Shown: one piece after another, positions 61,419-64,000 of the stretch
How the letters are laid out: each line of letters opens with the position of its first letter
How positions within the stretch are numbered: the stretch's first letter is position 1
IMG/VR virus record: IMGVR_UViG_3300012979_000004
Location: 35,928-99,927 of that record
Length of the DNA stretch: 64,000 bases
DNA from: a virus
Taxonomy: Duplodnaviria > Caudoviricetes
Direction: 5' to 3' (one strand)
Notes under the pieces: model-generated
What the model saw: the letters and a program-made list of their open reading frames with translations, nothing else
What the model was told of the DNA's origin: nothing
Databases searched by the model: none
Program-made: the position numbers and the translations under genes

Positions 61419-62626
61419 GCTTCAAGCCCCCTCATGTTAAGTTTTGAATTTAAACGCTGTGATTCTACATTCTCCAATGCAAACGAAACAGCTAAGCTAA
61501 CCAGTTCTTCAGCCACAGTGCTGTTGCATTCAAATTGATACAGACTGTTTTGTACGTCTGTAGCATTCTTGTCTGGTGTAAAATATGTCCAAGTTCCAGA
61601 TGTAAACTGTGACAAATCTTTAACAAACGTATTGGGCTGTTTTATAAATGTAACTCTAAGTGTATCCGCAGGAGGATTGAGTAAATCGTATACCACAAAT
61701 ACATCGGATCCTTCTATAAAACATACTGGTTCTTTTATCCATGGTATATTTGAAGCTGTAGTAAAGAATTTTTGAGCAATTTCGTGATTTACCAATTTAA
61801 CTGGAATACCTCGCCCGGTCACAACACCATCTACTGGTTTATAGTCAACTTCACCAAGATTTGAAACAGCGTTATAATATTTGCCATTTATGTCTTTTGG
61901 CCCGTCATACAACATACTACCTTGAAGAAAGTACAAAAAGTTCTTACGTAGCCAAAAAGATTCAGTTTTTCCGTTGTTTTCAATATTAGCAGCTATTGGC
62001 TTATACACAATACTAGAGCTTCCTGTAAATATAAAACCACGACCAGGAATCTGGCTGTATGCTATGTAAAAAGGAGTTTTTGAATGTACATAACCATTCA
62101 ATGTAGTCAACACTGCTTGTTTTTCATCGTTGCTCACACTTGTATAATAAGTGGTGGCAAAATTAGCCCCCATGATCATATACGCAAATATCTTTTTACT
62201 ATCGACCCATACTAAATAATAAGACTGACTATTAACACTGTCTGATGTAAATTCACCGCCGTCGCGCACCTATTCTGTTGACGGAATAAATATTCTCAAT
62301 ACCGTGTCGGAAGTCGAATTGCTTACTGATTCGACATATTCATCTGCAATATTGTACCTATATATATTAGGAGCGATTGAATTATCCTGTATTCCCGGCA
62401 GCATGAGCGTGTTTACAAGTGGGCCAAGATCTGCAATTGATTTTATATCTGATTCAAAAGTAGCACCACGAACGTTGTTACCAGTAACCTTTTGTGCAAT
62501 CAGTGCGTTGTATGCTTTATCTAAGAACGTAGCGACTTCATATTCTGTTAACGACGGATATGACGTTGAGGCTCCTGCCTTGTCATATTCAATCATAAAC
62601 TTAGTATAAATATCCTTGTGCGTCAT
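61415..62626 (-). CDS. Tail ring protein paralog, 403 aa (single TAG at 62270)
   Basis: Two track ORFs abut in frame at the TAG; FLDKAY..FESDIKSIADL, FIKQP, EELVSLAVSFALENVESQR. Confidence 0.8.
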
Positions 62627-62642
62627 ATGTCGTTATGATATA

Positions 62643-63395
62643 TTACTTATTTTCTACTTGATTGATTATAGAAAGCTTTAAGTCTTGGTTTTTCTTAGCG
62701 TCCAGATATGCAATGGCGTCTGTTAAAGAGTCTGCAAATAGTTCTGTACCATAATAATATTGTGTACGATCTTTACGGATAATTCCTTTTGCGATTGCAG
62801 ATTCCAACAAGAATTCAGTCTCCTTTGATTTATTATCGACCCACTTAACAAAGAACTGTTTTGGGTTTTTATCAACCATTGAGAACAGAGTAGATTCAAC
62901 AAGTTCGTTTGACATCGTATCTGCTTTAACACCAAAGATACGCAAACATTTACGCATTTGTTCAAGAGACATCTTGTCAAATTCCTTAATGGCGCTACGA
63001 CGGAGCTTGTTGAGTTTATTTGCTTCTACAGCCTCTGCTTCACGATTGATCAACAGATAATCTTTGCCAGCGTCCATTTTATCTAATGATGTTGCAACAC
63101 GTTTATGTCCACTTAAGAACTTAATTATCATCTGTTGGCGTGGAATCGAATCGTCTAACAATACGGTTCTAGAACCAACCTTTACGCAAAAAGTAGTCCA
63201 AAAGTCACTAGCCTTAGAAAGGTGTCCTTCTGGATAACCAAGAGCTTTCTCATAATATTTTTCTTCCTCAGGCGTCAAGCCTGTGTAAATCGACCCAGAA
63301 CGAGTAAAGTATGGTGAGATATAATCAAAACATGACTTATATTTCAATAACCCCGCCCAGGGATTCTTCTTTTTAATCTTTAATTCAACTACCAT
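62643..63395 (-). CDS. Conserved crAss protein downstream of the MCP (gene-75-like)
   Basis: IYTGLT..EKALG...FW; AIAKGIIRK..YYYG; YLDAKKNQDLK; TAG-free. Confidence 0.75.
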   Translation of the reverse strand: MVVELKIKKKNPWAGLLKYKSCFDYISPYFTRSGSIYTGLTPEEEKYYEKALGYPEGHLSKASDFWTTFCVKVGSRTVLLDDSIPRQQMIIKFLSGHKRVATSLDKMDAGKDYLLINREAEAVEANKLNKLRRSAIKEFDKMSLEQMRKCLRIFGVKADTMSNELVESTLFSMVDKNPKQFFVKWVDNKSKETEFLLESAIAKGIIRKDRTQYYYGTELFADSLTDAIAYLDAKKNQDLKLSIINQVENK

Positions 63396-63410
63396 AATCT
63401 TTCAATTAGT

Positions 63411-63462
63411 ATGTTGCAATGCCGGTTGCGGGGTATGAAACCCCGCTCGGACATTGTAATAT
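63411..63462 (-). promoter_or_regulatory. Long stem-loop just after the MCP stop (mRNA stabiliser or attenuator)
   Basis: ttgcaatg-ccg..gcgggg-loop-ccccgc..cgg..cattgtaa inverted repeat; no clear U tract. Confidence 0.55.
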
Positions 63463-63475
63463 CTTAGTGTGTTAA

Positions 63476-64000
63476 TTATGCAGCAACGATGTTATCGAGT
63501 TCGTTGCTAATTTCTGCATCTTCAGCATCGCAGTACAGAATACCGCAAGACAGTGGATTGCGAAGCATGATACCCATTTCACCAAGGAAGTGAACCTGGT
63601 AACCGTCGCGGCTGTTAGAACGCAGTGTATTGATGCTGTTAGCATAACCGTTAGGTGCTACAGAACCACCAGTAAACCACTGTACGAATTCACGACCCTT
63701 GCGACAAACCTTAACCACGTTAGCCTGTCCATCACGCTGACCGAGATCAACGAAGAGGAATGTGTATGACATAAGTGGCTTGCCTGTCAGTGGGTGTAAC
63801 TGACGGAAGAGTTCCATGTTATCAAACAGAGCGCAACGCTTAACTGTAAGTTCGATACCGTTAGTCATCTTATATGTAGTGAACTGACCACCGAGTGTAA
63901 GTTCCTGACCAGAACCAGTTACAAACTTAGTATCGATGAGGTTGAAGCTTGCTGCCTTCTCCTTAAGAATGCGGTCGAATTCTCTGATACCCATTTCTCC
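63476..64000 (-). CDS. Major capsid protein, C-terminal part (truncated by the window edge)
   Basis: GEMGIREFD, LGGQFTTYKMTNGIELTV, LFDN..HPLTGKPLMSY, DGYQVHFL: crAss MCP motifs. Confidence 0.88.
   Translation of the reverse strand, partial: GEMGIREFDRILKEKAASFNLIDTKFVTGSGQELTLGGQFTTYKMTNGIELTVKRCALFDNMELFRQLHPLTGKPLMSYTFLFVDLGQRDGQANVVKVCRKGREFVQWFTGGSVAPNGYANSINTLRSNSRDGYQVHFLGEMGIMLRNPLSCGILYCDAEDAEISNELDNIVAA

Noticed and set aside
14342-62609. The many + strand ORFs (60-170 aa) in the late region
   Set aside because: They are antisense shadows of the long minus-strand genes, with no motifs and atypical composition.
13741-62626. Late region as pseudogenes, a decayed prophage or sequencing errors
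   Set aside because: The breaks checked are all TAG, with no frameshifts and no in-frame TAA/TGA, and catalytic motifs are intact. This indicates recoding, not decay.
1-64000. CRISPR array, integrase, IS element, DGR reverse transcriptase, rRNA
   Set aside because: No regularly spaced repeats or corresponding protein or RNA motifs were seen by eye.

Overview
The window is about 64 kb of a crAss-like (Crassvirales) phage genome with two convergent arms. The + strand (1-13674) carries early and replication genes in the standard code: family B DNA polymerase, DnaB helicase, Sak4-like ATPase, SSB, primase, resolvase-like nuclease, AAA ATPase and a RecE-like exonuclease, plus one canonical tRNA(CAT) and several structured intergenic RNAs. 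The - strand (13741-64000) carries virion, lysis and ejection genes in which TAG is a sense codon (most likely Gln). The many short ORFs in the supplied track are fragments that join into full genes ending in TAA/TGA. These include a 6219-aa virion RNA polymerase polyprotein, a 1948-aa cargo protein, the tail muzzle and ring proteins, holin, spanin, a CotH-kinase-like tail protein and the C-terminus of the major capsid protein. The most unusual observations are: (i) a tandem macro-like plus NADAR module, two zincins, a PD-(D/E)XK nuclease and an SSB-like DLPF tail inside the RNAP polyprotein; (ii) three non-canonical tRNA mimics with a 6+6 acceptor/T-arm helix, one with a Gln-like acceptor and UUA at the anticodon position; (iii) a conserved AAGARCTAWAAG-like motif before six replication genes; (iv) a patterned placement of TAG codons, including one early gene whose TAG stop could act as a switch. 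All calls come from reading the sequence by eye; no searches were run.
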